Shown here piece by piece: positions 39,063-50,658 of a DNA stretch of 64,000 nt. Source of the stretch: Saccostrea echinata (lineage: Eukaryota); contig NW_026889813.1 of assembly GCF_033153115.1 (NCBI RefSeq), positions 3,720,001 through 3,784,000 on the forward strand, written 5' to 3'. Made by a program: the position numbers and the translations under genes. Positions within the stretch are counted from its first letter, which is position 1. Every line of letters starts with the position of its first letter. The notes beneath the pieces were generated by a model. That model had not been told where the DNA came from. It searched no databases and saw only the letters and a list, made by a program, of their open reading frames with translations.

Positions 39063-39337
39063 GAAAAACGAAAGTAGCCGGCCTGTCAACGAAGCTCAAA
39101 CATCCCTGTCTTCAAGAGCTGTTCAATATAATTCATAATTTCGTTTGTTGGATGCTCTACTAAAGTTGATTTTCAAAAATTTGTTATTGATTACAGACAG
39201 AAAGACCAATTGTTCATGACCAATGTGTTTATTAAGTTTTTTTGCACTTTAATTTTAACCATATGGCATGCAGTACACACGAGTGACCCGGAATTGGCGA
39301 CTCCACTGTATTATTTTCACTTTATCTGAAAGACGAG
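39063..39337 (+). promoter_or_regulatory. IRF-E-like site and candidate non-coding first exon of paralogue D
   Basis: GAAAAACGAAAGT at 39063-39075 is identical to the reverse-strand 13-mer at 12197-12209; donor gaaagacgag|gtaagt at 39337/39338. Confidence 0.4.
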
Positions 39338-41958
39338 GTAAGTATTGTACCCCGAGATTTACTAAACTTCATATTTTCCAGAAAAAGCAACAACCTTTTT
39401 TATAAAAAAAAAGTTTTAGCGATTAGAAATTGATAAATAAAAAATCGTATACCAAACATTGTTATCTTTCTTGGCTATTACAGTATGCAGAAGATTTAGT
39501 CGAATGCAGTGAGAGGTGCGGGATTTCGTTAATGGACAATTAAAATAAATATGATAACAAATCGTATCAATTTGGAAGTTCTCGATCTATTTTTTTTGTC
39601 GAATATATAAAAAAAAACCCAAATCAAATCTTGTATTCATCTGGAAGGTGAACAAACCTTTTAATGATCATTCTAGAATGTTGAATTTCAGCCAGTCAGG
39701 GAGCCAGGAATTGTTCAATCAATAAAGATCCTTTATTAGCTAAGAATCAAGTTTTGATGACTTTTTAAGAGCCATCTATACACTGCACACTAAAAAGTTG
39801 GACATTTTACTTACGCACTGTTGATTTAGCCCAAACTCAAGAAACTGAGAAAGTTATGTTAAAAATTCAACAATATCACAAAGAATGCATACATATTATT
39901 GTATTTCCTAAATTTCATTTAATTTAGAGGATTGGAAGTGGATCTTTTTATATCTAGTAGTTGCGCGAACAATAATTTATGTAACGTTGGACAGGGGAAT
40001 TTCGCCTTAATAACCAATAATGAATAAAACCATATCATAACTAAAATATTTTTAGATTATTAAAAAAAGAATTTTTAGAATAATTTATTACCTTGGATAA
40101 AATAAATAATTTCATTTTTAATTTACAGTAGCTTTAACATCTTGAAAACGGCAGTTTCTTTACGATATCTAAAGAGTCAGATTTTATAGTACCAACACCG
40201 TGCGCAACGTCTAAAAGAATTTTTTTTTTAAATCCACCCTGTCTCACTTAATTATGGACCGGTAATTATTACTAAATAAATAGGTGTCAAAATAATGTAA
40301 AACGCATTTTATTATTGAGAACAAACGCATTTAACCGTATTCTCGGTATTTTTTTTTCACGTATGGATTACATCAATATTAATAAAATTTGTGAAAAGGA
40401 GATGGGCAAACAAGGCATGCAGATTGGCCATAACTACATGTACACCTGCTTAAAAATTATGATATTCATTTTGTGAATTTAGTATTGAGTAGAGTTCTTA
40501 TTATTGAAATTTATAAAATTATGACTGAAACAAAACTTTCAGCAGGAAATTTTCTCTGCAAAAAATATTCTATTAATAAAAAAATAATGTGGTATTCTTG
40601 GGGTTCGAACCCCAATAAAATTTTGAGTATCTGGCATTCAAATATATTTGAGACTAACACATTTACCACAGTACTATGCTACACAGCTCTTGACAAGTAG
40701 TTCCATTTAAATCATGTTTGTGATCTGACCCTTGACTTGATGGACTTCAAGTATTTCTCAGAAAAATACGACTGTTGTGTGATAAAAGTGTAATTCTAAG
40801 GTATAGTGGGCCTTTGCTTCATGTTTTTGTTAACTAAAAATGTATATTTTTACGCATACTTTGAGGATAAACAAAATGGAGCGAAGACCCACTCATATGG
40901 AAAAATTATGTTAATACAGTATGAGTAAATGGTCATTTTTGTCCTCTTTGGTGTGTAAATAATATTTTATAGACAAATAATTTCAATCTTTATGAGATTT
41001 TTACATATTGTGTAGATTTTCAATAAAGTATACGTTAATGTTAGATGAAATATCAAAGAAAATATTTTTATAATTGAGATTTAATTTTACACCTTCATAT
41101 TTGTCGCACCATAGGCATTTTGCTCGCCCTGTTCGCCCGTCCTTGGTCTGTTGATACCAAGTGGAAGTCTCGCGAAAATAAGGCATCGCGAAAATGTGGT
41201 GATAAATGTATATGCAGTACTACCATGGCCGTAGGAACCGGGGGGTTGGGGTGAGGGGCGTGCCCCCCCCCCAATAATTTTGCCGATATATAGATTACTA
41301 TAGAAAACTTAGCTACTATATGCTTGTGCCCCCTCATGAAAAACGTCTGATGACGTTTTTTTTTTTGCTTGTCAAGAAATTTCTGATAGTTGATAGTGCC
41401 CCCAACTGAAAATGTATGGCTGTGCCCCCCCCCCCCCCCAAAAAAAAAAAAATCAAATCTTGTATTCATCTGGAGGGTGAACATAACTTTTTATGATCAT
41501 TCTAGAATGTTGAAATAAATAAATAGAAAATACAGTAGAATATAAGTTACATAAGATTTAAGATGTCCTTGTACACAGTTTATATTATCATCAATGTGTT
41601 ATCTTACTACAAACATTAAAACGCAAACTTTTAAAAATAGATGTACATACATTGATTTGTAGACTTTGACATCAGATTGTGTAATGAGTCTTCAAAATGG
41701 TCCAAATTACATCCTTAGTTTTTGTAAACAGCACTGTATTTAAGTTGACTCAGGCATACATATTTTTGGAACGAACCCTTCCTTGTTCATGAATTGAACA
41801 CTGAAATTGATTGCCATTCACTGAATTATATAATTTTTTTGATTTATAGAATTTAACATTTACTCATGTCCAGATGTCTCTAGAGATAACGTATCAATTT
41901 TTCTCCAAGTTACAACCGGTCTGTTTACAAGGTGATGATTAAGATAGTAGACCGGCAA

Positions 41959-41986
41959 ATGCTTCTTCCTCTAAACACAAATGCAG
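41959..41986 (+). CDS. Putative first coding micro-exon of paralogue D (MLLPLNTNA)
   Basis: caaATG CTT CTT CCT CTA AAC ACA AAT GCA G|gtattg; 28 nt, phase 1; another in-frame ATG at 41935. Confidence 0.45.
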
Positions 41987-44208
41987 GTATTGAGTAAATG
42001 ATCTAAAATTCATGGTTTTTAAGACAATTTTATGAACATTCATAATGATAAGCAGATGTCTCTATATGTTGGTGTCCCATCCCTACCAGAAAAGGTGAAG
42101 GCTTGCACTTCCGTATTTGAAGATGTTCCCACGCTCTATTGTTGACCCCCTTTCAAAATGTGCCTGAATACAAAGACAAAAGGTCACATCTATCCCTAAT
42201 TTTGAGTAATTTTGACCCCCCCACTCCCTCAAACTGAAATTTCTTCTTACGGATCCATAACAAGAATATAAAAGTTGAACAGTCAATGCATAAAGATATT
42301 TTAGTCCAATTTGGGCATTTCTTCTGCTGATAATGGACTTTCAACTTTTCATATCTTTACGGGGATATGTGCTATTCGCATACACTTTCAGAAATTGGTT
42401 CGTTATTATACTAAACAGATATGAACCTGCTATTAATATTGGACTGTTGCGAGGAGCGCTGACTTTCACAGTTGACGGCTTACTATGTACGGAAGCTCTT
42501 CTACGATATAAATATTTAGGTCAAAATTTAATTAAAACGAAAATAACGGGTTATTTCAAAGCACAAATAAATTGCCCATGAAGAAAACGACAACCACCCT
42601 ACCCTTAACTTCCGGCCTTCACAGGTTAGTGCCCCTAACACCATACCTATGACCACTAGAAATATTTCCCATCTATTATCAATTCTGTACCTCCATACAT
42701 GATGCAGGTTTAAATGTCAAAGTAAACAGTTAACTGTAAAAGTCAGTGCTTCTCGCAAAAGTCCATTATACAAAAGCAATTCAATCCATAAAATGGTTCA
42801 AATGCGAAAACTGAAACGTAATTTTCTCTTGATGAAAAACTTATTTTATTGTAAATAAAAACATTTTTGGCAGCAAATTTTGTAATGAGATACTATTGTT
42901 ATAATTATATACTCATTGGTGATAACAATAATGATTAAGGTCTTGAAATTAGCCACCAGACATGTAGGTGGGGGGCATCATTATTGTTGGCATCTGGTAG
43001 ATGATTACACAAGTCATCAGATGGAATTTGCAATCTGGCATGGCAGGGACACTGTGTATGCAATGGCCAGTGTTAATCCAATTAATTTTATCCAATCGGA
43101 ACTAAGTACTCCTATACTGAAATCTTATCTTGATTAGAGAAGTCACACTTTAATCACTTCTTTGTTTTAATAGCTGCCAGACGCACCTAAATTTTTTACG
43201 AGAAATCAATTTACCCACCCACCAGCACCCTGCTATAATTTGTTTAAAAATTCATCAGTCCTAAATCACAAGCAAACTAATTTTTGTTTTTGCGTTGTTC
43301 AGTTATTATAATTATATTCTGGTAACAACTTGTTGCTTTCTACAACTTATTTATGACTTGTAATAAAAATCTGGGTTTCAAAATTGTATGTATATCACAT
43401 TTTATTATACTGATGTTATTTTTATTGATAGGCGGTTTTTTAACCCCACCTTTGCAAATTTATTGTCATTTATTCAGTCATTTTTTTTGTTAATCAATGA
43501 TTGACACTAATTTCATCAACTGATCAAATATATTTGTGGTAAATTGAATAAATGACCTTTCTCACAAAACAAAGTTGTTCTGTCTTTTAAGTGCAAATGA
43601 ACTTGGACTCATTGGAGATCAAAAAGTGGTTGTTACGTGTTGACAAGTAAACATTATATTATTATAAAGAAACATGGAATGAATTTGAGGTTATTTTAAT
43701 AATGGAAAAATTTGGGTGACAAAAAGAATTTTTTTATGATGTGCAACAAGAAATTTAAAGATTTCACCGAGGGAGGTGCGCATGCACTAGCTAGGTTGTA
43801 GATCATCGATTTAGGTGTTTTTTAACATTTTAATATCTGCAATCTTGACCTTTTACGCAGTTTACCGGAATGCATATAGTAACTGGACTACTGCCTTGAA
43901 TCAGATTGATTAAATGGCGTCAAAGTCCCGTCAACGTTGGTGTGAGTATATACGTTCTTTATAAAATAGTTTCATATTGTCGTTCATACCTAAATAACTA
44001 CATTTTATGTTCATGTGTACATGATGACTTCGAAAAGGAAGTAGGTCACCTTGTTGAGTAAATAAAGAACATGTCATGTATAAATATCCGAGAATGACGA
44101 CATATTTTTTAATGATAATATTCTTTAGAAATTATTTTTTTTGGTCTTCAGTTTATTAAAATTATGATACTAGTACTTTAAAACTATCATATTTTTATTT
44201 GTGAGCAG

Positions 44209-44858
44209 ATCTGTCGAAAACTGAAATCAACGAGCTTTGCAGACGAAGTATAAAGTATATACGAGAAAACGATGATAGATTTGCACCTGTACCATATTTT
44301 TGGCGAGACAAGCCATCAAAGTACTGGAATGAAATAGGGGGATTAATGATCCCTTACTTAAAGAACAGTAATGGAGATCCACGTTCACCTATCAATGGAA
44401 ACATACATGGACTTTTCTTCAACTGCTCCATCGATAAAATGTCACTTCAACCACCCACTTTCTCCTATTTTGGAAATGAAAGATTAACTATTGCACCATA
44501 TGTGATATACAATGCTTGGAAAAATGTGTATTTTGCTGATTTTTACTGTCATTATGGTACCCATTATGTCACATTGGTAATTACGTCATCGGGTTCTGAC
44601 GCAGATGTTTTCTGTAAACGGCATCATTTGGTAAGGCTGAAACCGAAGAATAACCCTTTTCTCACTGTTATAAATAGTAAATTGTTAGTAACCCTTGGAG
44701 TCAATGTGGAACTTTTTTACACAAATTCGATCAATATATCATCCATATTAGCCGATAACCTTGGAAAGTTTACATTTATCCAATCACGTGGGCGCGGGCA
44801 CAGCAAGCTCAAAGGGATTCCAAAAAACCCTGAATGCCATATTTGTAATTTGGATTGA
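44209..44858 (+). CDS. PHYHIP-like C-terminal domain protein, paralogue D, main exon
   Basis: Acceptor tttatttgtgagcag|AT CTG TCG; open frame DLSKTEINELCRRSIKYIRENDDRFAPVPYFWRDKPSKYWNEIGGL runs into ORF 44346 (GLFFNCS, YFADFYCHY, NVELFYT, KNPECHICNLD*). Confidence 0.9.
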
Positions 44859-45694
44859 TTGTCTGAGTGAATGTCTACTTTCAGCAGCGTAAGCATTATG
44901 TTCATTTTCAGCTATCAAGAACTGATAGGGTTTTGCTTAAGCTTGTTGCCATGTGGTTATTGCATGTTGCTGAACAGTATTGTCCCTGTACCGAATTCCT
45001 GCTAAGTACCAAAGACTCAACATTTTATTGTTTCTCAGTATGTTGCAAAATATCAGTAAAATTACTTTTGAAAAACGTTATTTCTCTTATGTTGTGGAAT
45101 GAAAACATGAGTTGTTTTATAAAATTACACATAAAGTGAAATATTATCAGTTACTGATAAAATTTGAATAAAAACATCACTTATCATTTAGAGCAAATAG
45201 ACTACAGGAAATTACATATTCGTAATATACATGTACTATTTAAGTCTTTTTCCTCAATATTATTATTTTTACATACAATGTAGATGGCAGTCTTTACATG
45301 TCTTTTCCACGAGTCACCTTTTCTGCAAAATAAAATGTGTATGTGCATGTATTAATAAAAAATCCCTTTTTATTCGAAAAAAACGTTTTTTTTTTACTTT
45401 CAGTTTGGCAATTCTCTCTCTCTCTGTATGTGTGTGTACATGTGAGGGAAGAGGAAACCATACTGAAACAATCGTGTTCCTCAGAATGAACACAATTTTT
45501 TTAATTTTTGGGCTTTACAACCGAGATTAGTTATTAATAATCTCTCAAATTTTCACGTCTATTTATAGTATTTTATTCATTGTGACCTTGTGCATGTATA
45601 TATTTGTATATAAATGTATGTTTAAAAACAAAGTATTACCTGTTATATATACATGTAGTTTGATCTTAAGCCAGACTGTTATCAAAATGCAGTA

Positions 45695-45722
45695 ATGGCT
45701 TCCTGGTACAGACCTCGACACC
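45695..45722 (+). CDS. First coding micro-exon of paralogue E (MASWYRPRH)
   Basis: ATG GCT TCC TGG TAC AGA CCT CGA CAC C|gtgagt; 28 nt, phase 1, strong donor. Confidence 0.6.
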
Positions 45723-46005
45723 GTGAGTACATTATAATATTCCAGTATATTTTTTAAAGTTAATATAAAAAGTTAAGGAACATGTAGTTTATGTAAAATA
45801 TATGAAAAATATTCGATTCATAAGAGGATTGAATAAAACGTTATTGTTCCTAAGTTTACACCTCAGCTAAAAGTCAAAAACTGCTCCAAACATTTTATTG
45901 CTGAGAAAATTGAAAAACTTAAATTGTCCAATCGCCAATATCTTTGTACATGAAATAAAGTGTGACTGATGTATTTTGCAGCATATTATTATATTCATTC
46001 ATTAG

Positions 46006-46754
46006 ATTTAACGAGAAGCGAAATCGACGAGCTCTTCAGACGAAGCGAGAAATACATACGAGAGAATGATTACAGATTCGGTCCTCTACCTTATGTGTGG
46101 CGGGATGAACCTACACAGTACTGGGATAAAATAGAAAGATTTATGATTCCCTACTTAAAAGACCACAATGGAGATCCACGGTCATCTATAAACGGGAATC
46201 TTTATGGACTTTTCTTCGGATGTGCTCTCGATAAAACTTCACTTCAACCACCTACCACTTCCTATTTTGGAAATGAAAGATTAATGATTGCATCCAACTT
46301 GATATATAATGACTGGAAGAATGTGTATTTCGCTGATTTTTACTGTCATTACGAAGTCCATTACGTCACGTTGGTTATAACGTCACCGGGCTCTTGTGCA
46401 GATTCCTTCTGTAAACGACACTATTTAAAAAAACTTAATTCTATTGACAACCCCTTCATCGTGGTGGATGAATCTGAATTATTTGTTACACTAGGGGTTA
46501 ACGTAGAACTGTTTTACACGGATTCTGTTGATATTTCATCCATACTCTATCATAATCTTGGAAACTTTTCATACGTTCGAACATGTGGCTGTGGACACAG
46601 CAAACCTGAAGGGATTCCAAAAAATCCAGACTGCCCCTTATGTAACTTGCGCGGATCCATGAATTTTTTCCAAGATTGGTCCATGTCTACGCAAAAAGAC
46701 ATTCTGACTAGGAAATCATTTGACAAGCAAGTAAAAAAAATTGAAAACTTTTAA
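46006..46754 (+). CDS. PHYHIP-like C-terminal domain protein, paralogue E, main exon (34-aa C-terminal extension)
   Basis: Acceptor attcattcattag|AT TTA ACG; family motifs present but with WRDE and TCGCGHS substitutions; reads through CPLCNL into MITE-like sequence. Confidence 0.85.
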
Positions 46755-47274
46755 CATGGGGACGTTGGGATAGTTTCAATCAGTGTACTTCCTATATATA
46801 AACATAAAAATGTTTATAAATGACTCTCTATACCATTTTAGGGGTCCGATGTAATTTTTTGGGAACTTAATTATATAATCTAAATAATTTTGAAAATCCC
46901 AGAAGGGGGTGGGTGTCAGACCACAGGTGGGTGTTTTTCAAGTAATTTGGCAATTTGAAACCTTGTTTGGGAGAAAGAAAATAACGAGAAAAATACCCTC
47001 TGTAATACAACTTTACGTATACAATGGTCACATGAACCTCTTTAAAGGCTCAATAATACGTTGAATAAGATTTTTATAATTTTTATCAAATATTTTATCT
47101 TCCCCATGATTTATGCATTCCTGTAAAAAGTAGTACTGAGCAGTTTAAGCACTCATACACCATGGGACGTCAAGCATTGTACTATTTTCTTAGTCTAAAA
47201 ATGTAATTCTTTTGATGCTGATTTAACGGTCGCAAACTGAGTTTTACCGGCGACGCGTAAGGGTATAATGTATT

Positions 47275-47594
47275 GCGCTCGCTCTGTGATCGGAAGGTCG
47301 TGTGTTCGAATCACGGCTACGACTGACCCAAGTCGATAAAAATAGGTAGCAACTGCTCCTTCGCCAAGCGCTCGGCATTTTGAAGTGAAAGTTGCGGAAC
47401 TTTCGGATGAGACCTTAAAAACGAGGTCCCGTGTCACAGTAGGCGTTGGCACGATAAAGAACCCTCAATGGCCCTGAGTGCCGAGTAAAGGTCTAAATTT
47501 GAAGCCCTTCACCGGTATATAGTAACGTCTCTATATGAGTGAAAAATTTTTGAACGGGACATAAATCAACATACAATCAATCAATCAATCAATC
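47275..47594 (+). mobile_element. tRNA-derived V-domain-like SINE with (CAAT)n tail, copy 1
   Basis: B box GTGTTCGAATCAC, TTTCGGATGAGACCTTAAAAACGAGGTCCCGTGTC, ATGAGTGAAAAATT and (CAAT)n; A box missing. Confidence 0.85.
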
Positions 47595-48290
47595 AGACGA
47601 AGCGAGAAATACATACGAGAGAATGATTACAGATTCGCTCCTCTACCTTATGTGTGGCGGGATAAACCGACACAGTACTGGGATGAAATAGGAGGACTTA
47701 ATAGACCACAAATGAGAACCACGTTCTTCTATTAACTGGAACCTATTTTGACTTTTCTTCGGTTGTATTCTCAATAAAACTTCACTTCAGCCACCTATAA
47801 CCTCCTATTTTGGAAATGAAATAATAACGGCTGCATCCAACGTTATATATTATAACAGGAAGAATGTGTATTTCGCTGAATTTTACTGTCATTATAAGGA
47901 CCATTACGTCAAGTTGGCAATAACGTCACCGGGCTCTTGTGCAGATTCCTTCTGTAAACGACACTATTTAAAAGAACTATTGACAACCCCTTCATCATGG
48001 TGGATGATACTGAATTATTTGTTACACTAGGGGTAAACGTTGAACTGTTTTACACGGATTCTGTTGATATTTCATCCATACTCTATCAGAATCTTGGAAA
48101 TTTTTCATACGTTCGAACACGTGGCCGTGGGCACAGCAAACCTGAAGGGATTCCAAAAAATCCAGACTGCCCCTTATGTAACTTGCGCGGATCCATGAAT
48201 TTTTTCCAAGATTGGTCCATGTCTACGCAAAAAGACATTCTGACTAGGAAATCATTTGACAAGCAAGTTAAAAAAATTGAAAACTTTTAA
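47595..48290 (+). pseudogene. PHYHIP-like pseudogene copy 1 (5'-truncated, frameshifted)
   Basis: Starts at RRSEKY directly after the SINE tail with no acceptor; a deletion removes MIPY (ggaggacttaatagacc); further indels; 3' part open. Confidence 0.9.
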
Positions 48291-48810
48291 CATGGGGACG
48301 TTGGGATAGTTTCAATCAGTGTACTTCCTATATATAAACATAAAAATGTTTATAAATGACTCTCTATACCATTTTAGAGGTCCGATGTAATTTTTTGGGA
48401 ACTTAATTATATAATCTAAATAATTTTGAAAATCCCAGAAGGGGGTGGGTGTCAGACCACAGGTGGGTGTTTTTCAAGTAATTTGGCAATTTGAAACCTT
48501 GTTTGGGAGAAAGAAAATAACGAGAAAAATACCCTCTGTAATACAACTTTACGTATACAATGGTCACATGAACCTCTTTAAAGGCTCAATAATACGTTGA
48601 ATAAGATTTTTATAATTTTTATCAAATATTTTATCTTCCCCATGATTTATGCATTCCTGTAAAAAGTAGTACTGAGCAGTTTAAGCACTCATACACCATG
48701 GGACGTCAAGCATTGTACTATTTTCTTAGTCTAAAAATGTAATTCTTTTGATGCTGATTTAACGGTCGCAAACTGAGTTTTACCGGCGACGCGTAAGGGT
48801 ATAATGTATT

Positions 48811-49126
48811 GCGCTCGCTCTGTGATCGGAAGGTCGTGTGTTCGAATCACGGCTACGACTGACCCAAGTCGATAAAAATAGGTAGCAACTGCTCCTTCGC
48901 CAAGCGCTCGGCATTTTGAAGTGAAAGTTGCGGAACTTTCGGATGAGACCTTAAAAACGAGGTCCCGTGTCACAGTAGGCGTTGGCACGATAAAGAACCC
49001 TCAATGGCCCTGAGTGCCGAGTAAAGGTCTAAATTTGAAGCCCTTCACCGGTATATAGTAACGTCTCTATATGAGTGAAAAATTTTTGAACGGGACATAA
49101 ATCAACATACAATCAATCAATCAATC
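48811..49126 (+). mobile_element. SINE copy 2
   Basis: Same as copy 1 apart from one fewer CAAT unit. Confidence 0.85.
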
Positions 49127-49822
49127 AGACGAAGCGAGAAATACATACGAGAGAATGATTACAGATTCGCTCCTCTACCTTATGTGTGGCGGGATAAACC
49201 GACACAGTACTGGGATGAAATAGGAGGACTTAATAGACCACAAATGAGAACCACGTTCTTCTATTAACTGGAACCTATTTTGACTTTTCTTCGGTTGTAT
49301 TCTCAATAAAACTTCACTTCAGCCACCTATAACCTCCTATTTTGGAAATGAAATAATAACGGCTGCATCCAACGTTATATATTATAACAGGAAGAATGTG
49401 TATTTCGCTGAATTTTACTGTCATTATAAGGACCATTACGTCAAGTTGGCAATAACGTCACCGGGCTCTTGTGCAGATTCCTTCTGTAAACGACACTATT
49501 TAAAAGAACTATTGACAACCCCTTCATCATGGTGGATGATACTGAATTATTTGTTACACTAGGGGTAAACGTTGAACTGTTTTACACGGATTCTGTTGAT
49601 ATTTCATCCATACTCTATCAGAATCTTGGAAATTTTTCATACGTTCGAACACGTGGCCGTGGGCACAGCAAACCTGAAGGGATTCCAAAAAATCCAGACT
49701 GCCCCTTATGTAACTTGCGCGGATCCATGAATTTTTTCCAAGATTGGTCCATGTCTACGCAAAAAGACATTCTGACTAGGAAATCATTTGACAAGCAAGT
49801 TAAAAAAATTGAAAACTTTTAA
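49127..49822 (+). pseudogene. PHYHIP-like pseudogene copy 2
   Basis: Essentially identical to copy 1. Confidence 0.9.
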
Positions 49823-50342
49823 CATGGGGACGTTGGGATAGTTTCAATCAGTGTACTTCCTATATATAAACATAAAAATGTTTATAAATGACTCTCTATA
49901 CCATTTTAGAGGTCCGATGTAATTTTTTGGGAACTTAATTATATAATCTAAATAATTTTGAAAATCCCAGAAGGGGGTGGGTGTCAGACCACAGGTGGGT
50001 GTTTTTCAAGTAATTTGGCAATTTGAAACCTTGTTTGGGAGAAAGAAAATAACGAGAAAAATACCCTCTGTAATACAACTTTACGTATACAATGGTCACA
50101 TGAACCTCTTTAAAGGCTCAATAATACGTTGAATAAGATTTTTATAATTTTTATCAAATATTTTATCTTCCCCATGATTTATGCATTCCTGTAAAAAGTA
50201 GTACTGAGCAGTTTAAGCACTCATACACCATGGGACGTCAAGCATTGTACTATTTTCTTAGTCTAAAAATGTAATTCTTTTGATGCTGATTTAACGGTCG
50301 CAAACTGAGTTTTACCGGCGACGCGTAAGGGTATAATGTATT

Positions 50343-50658
50343 GCGCTCGCTCTGTGATCGGAAGGTCGTGTGTTCGAATCACGGCTACGACTGACCCAAG
50401 TCGATAAAAATAGGTAGCAACTGCTCCTTCGCCAAGCGCTCGGCATTTTGAAGTGAAAGTTGCGGAACTTTCGGATGAGACCTTAAAAACGAGGTCCCGT
50501 GTCACAGTAGGCGTTGGCACGATAAAGAACCCTCAATGGCCCTGAGTGCCGAGTAAAGGTCTAAATTTGAAGCCCTTCACCGGTATATAGTAACGTCTCT
50601 ATATGAGTGAAAAATTTTTGAACGGGACATAAATCAACATACAATCAATCAATCAATC
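50343..50658 (+). mobile_element. SINE copy 3
   Basis: Essentially identical to copy 2. Confidence 0.85.

Noticed and set aside
44021-44044. ATG ATG ACT TCG as the first coding exon of paralogue D
   Set aside because: Resembles the MTS start of B but offers no phase-1 donor before an in-frame TAG.
47195-50520. Three identical 85-aa ORFs MPTPTVTRD
   Set aside because: Antisense translation of the SINE in each tandem unit.
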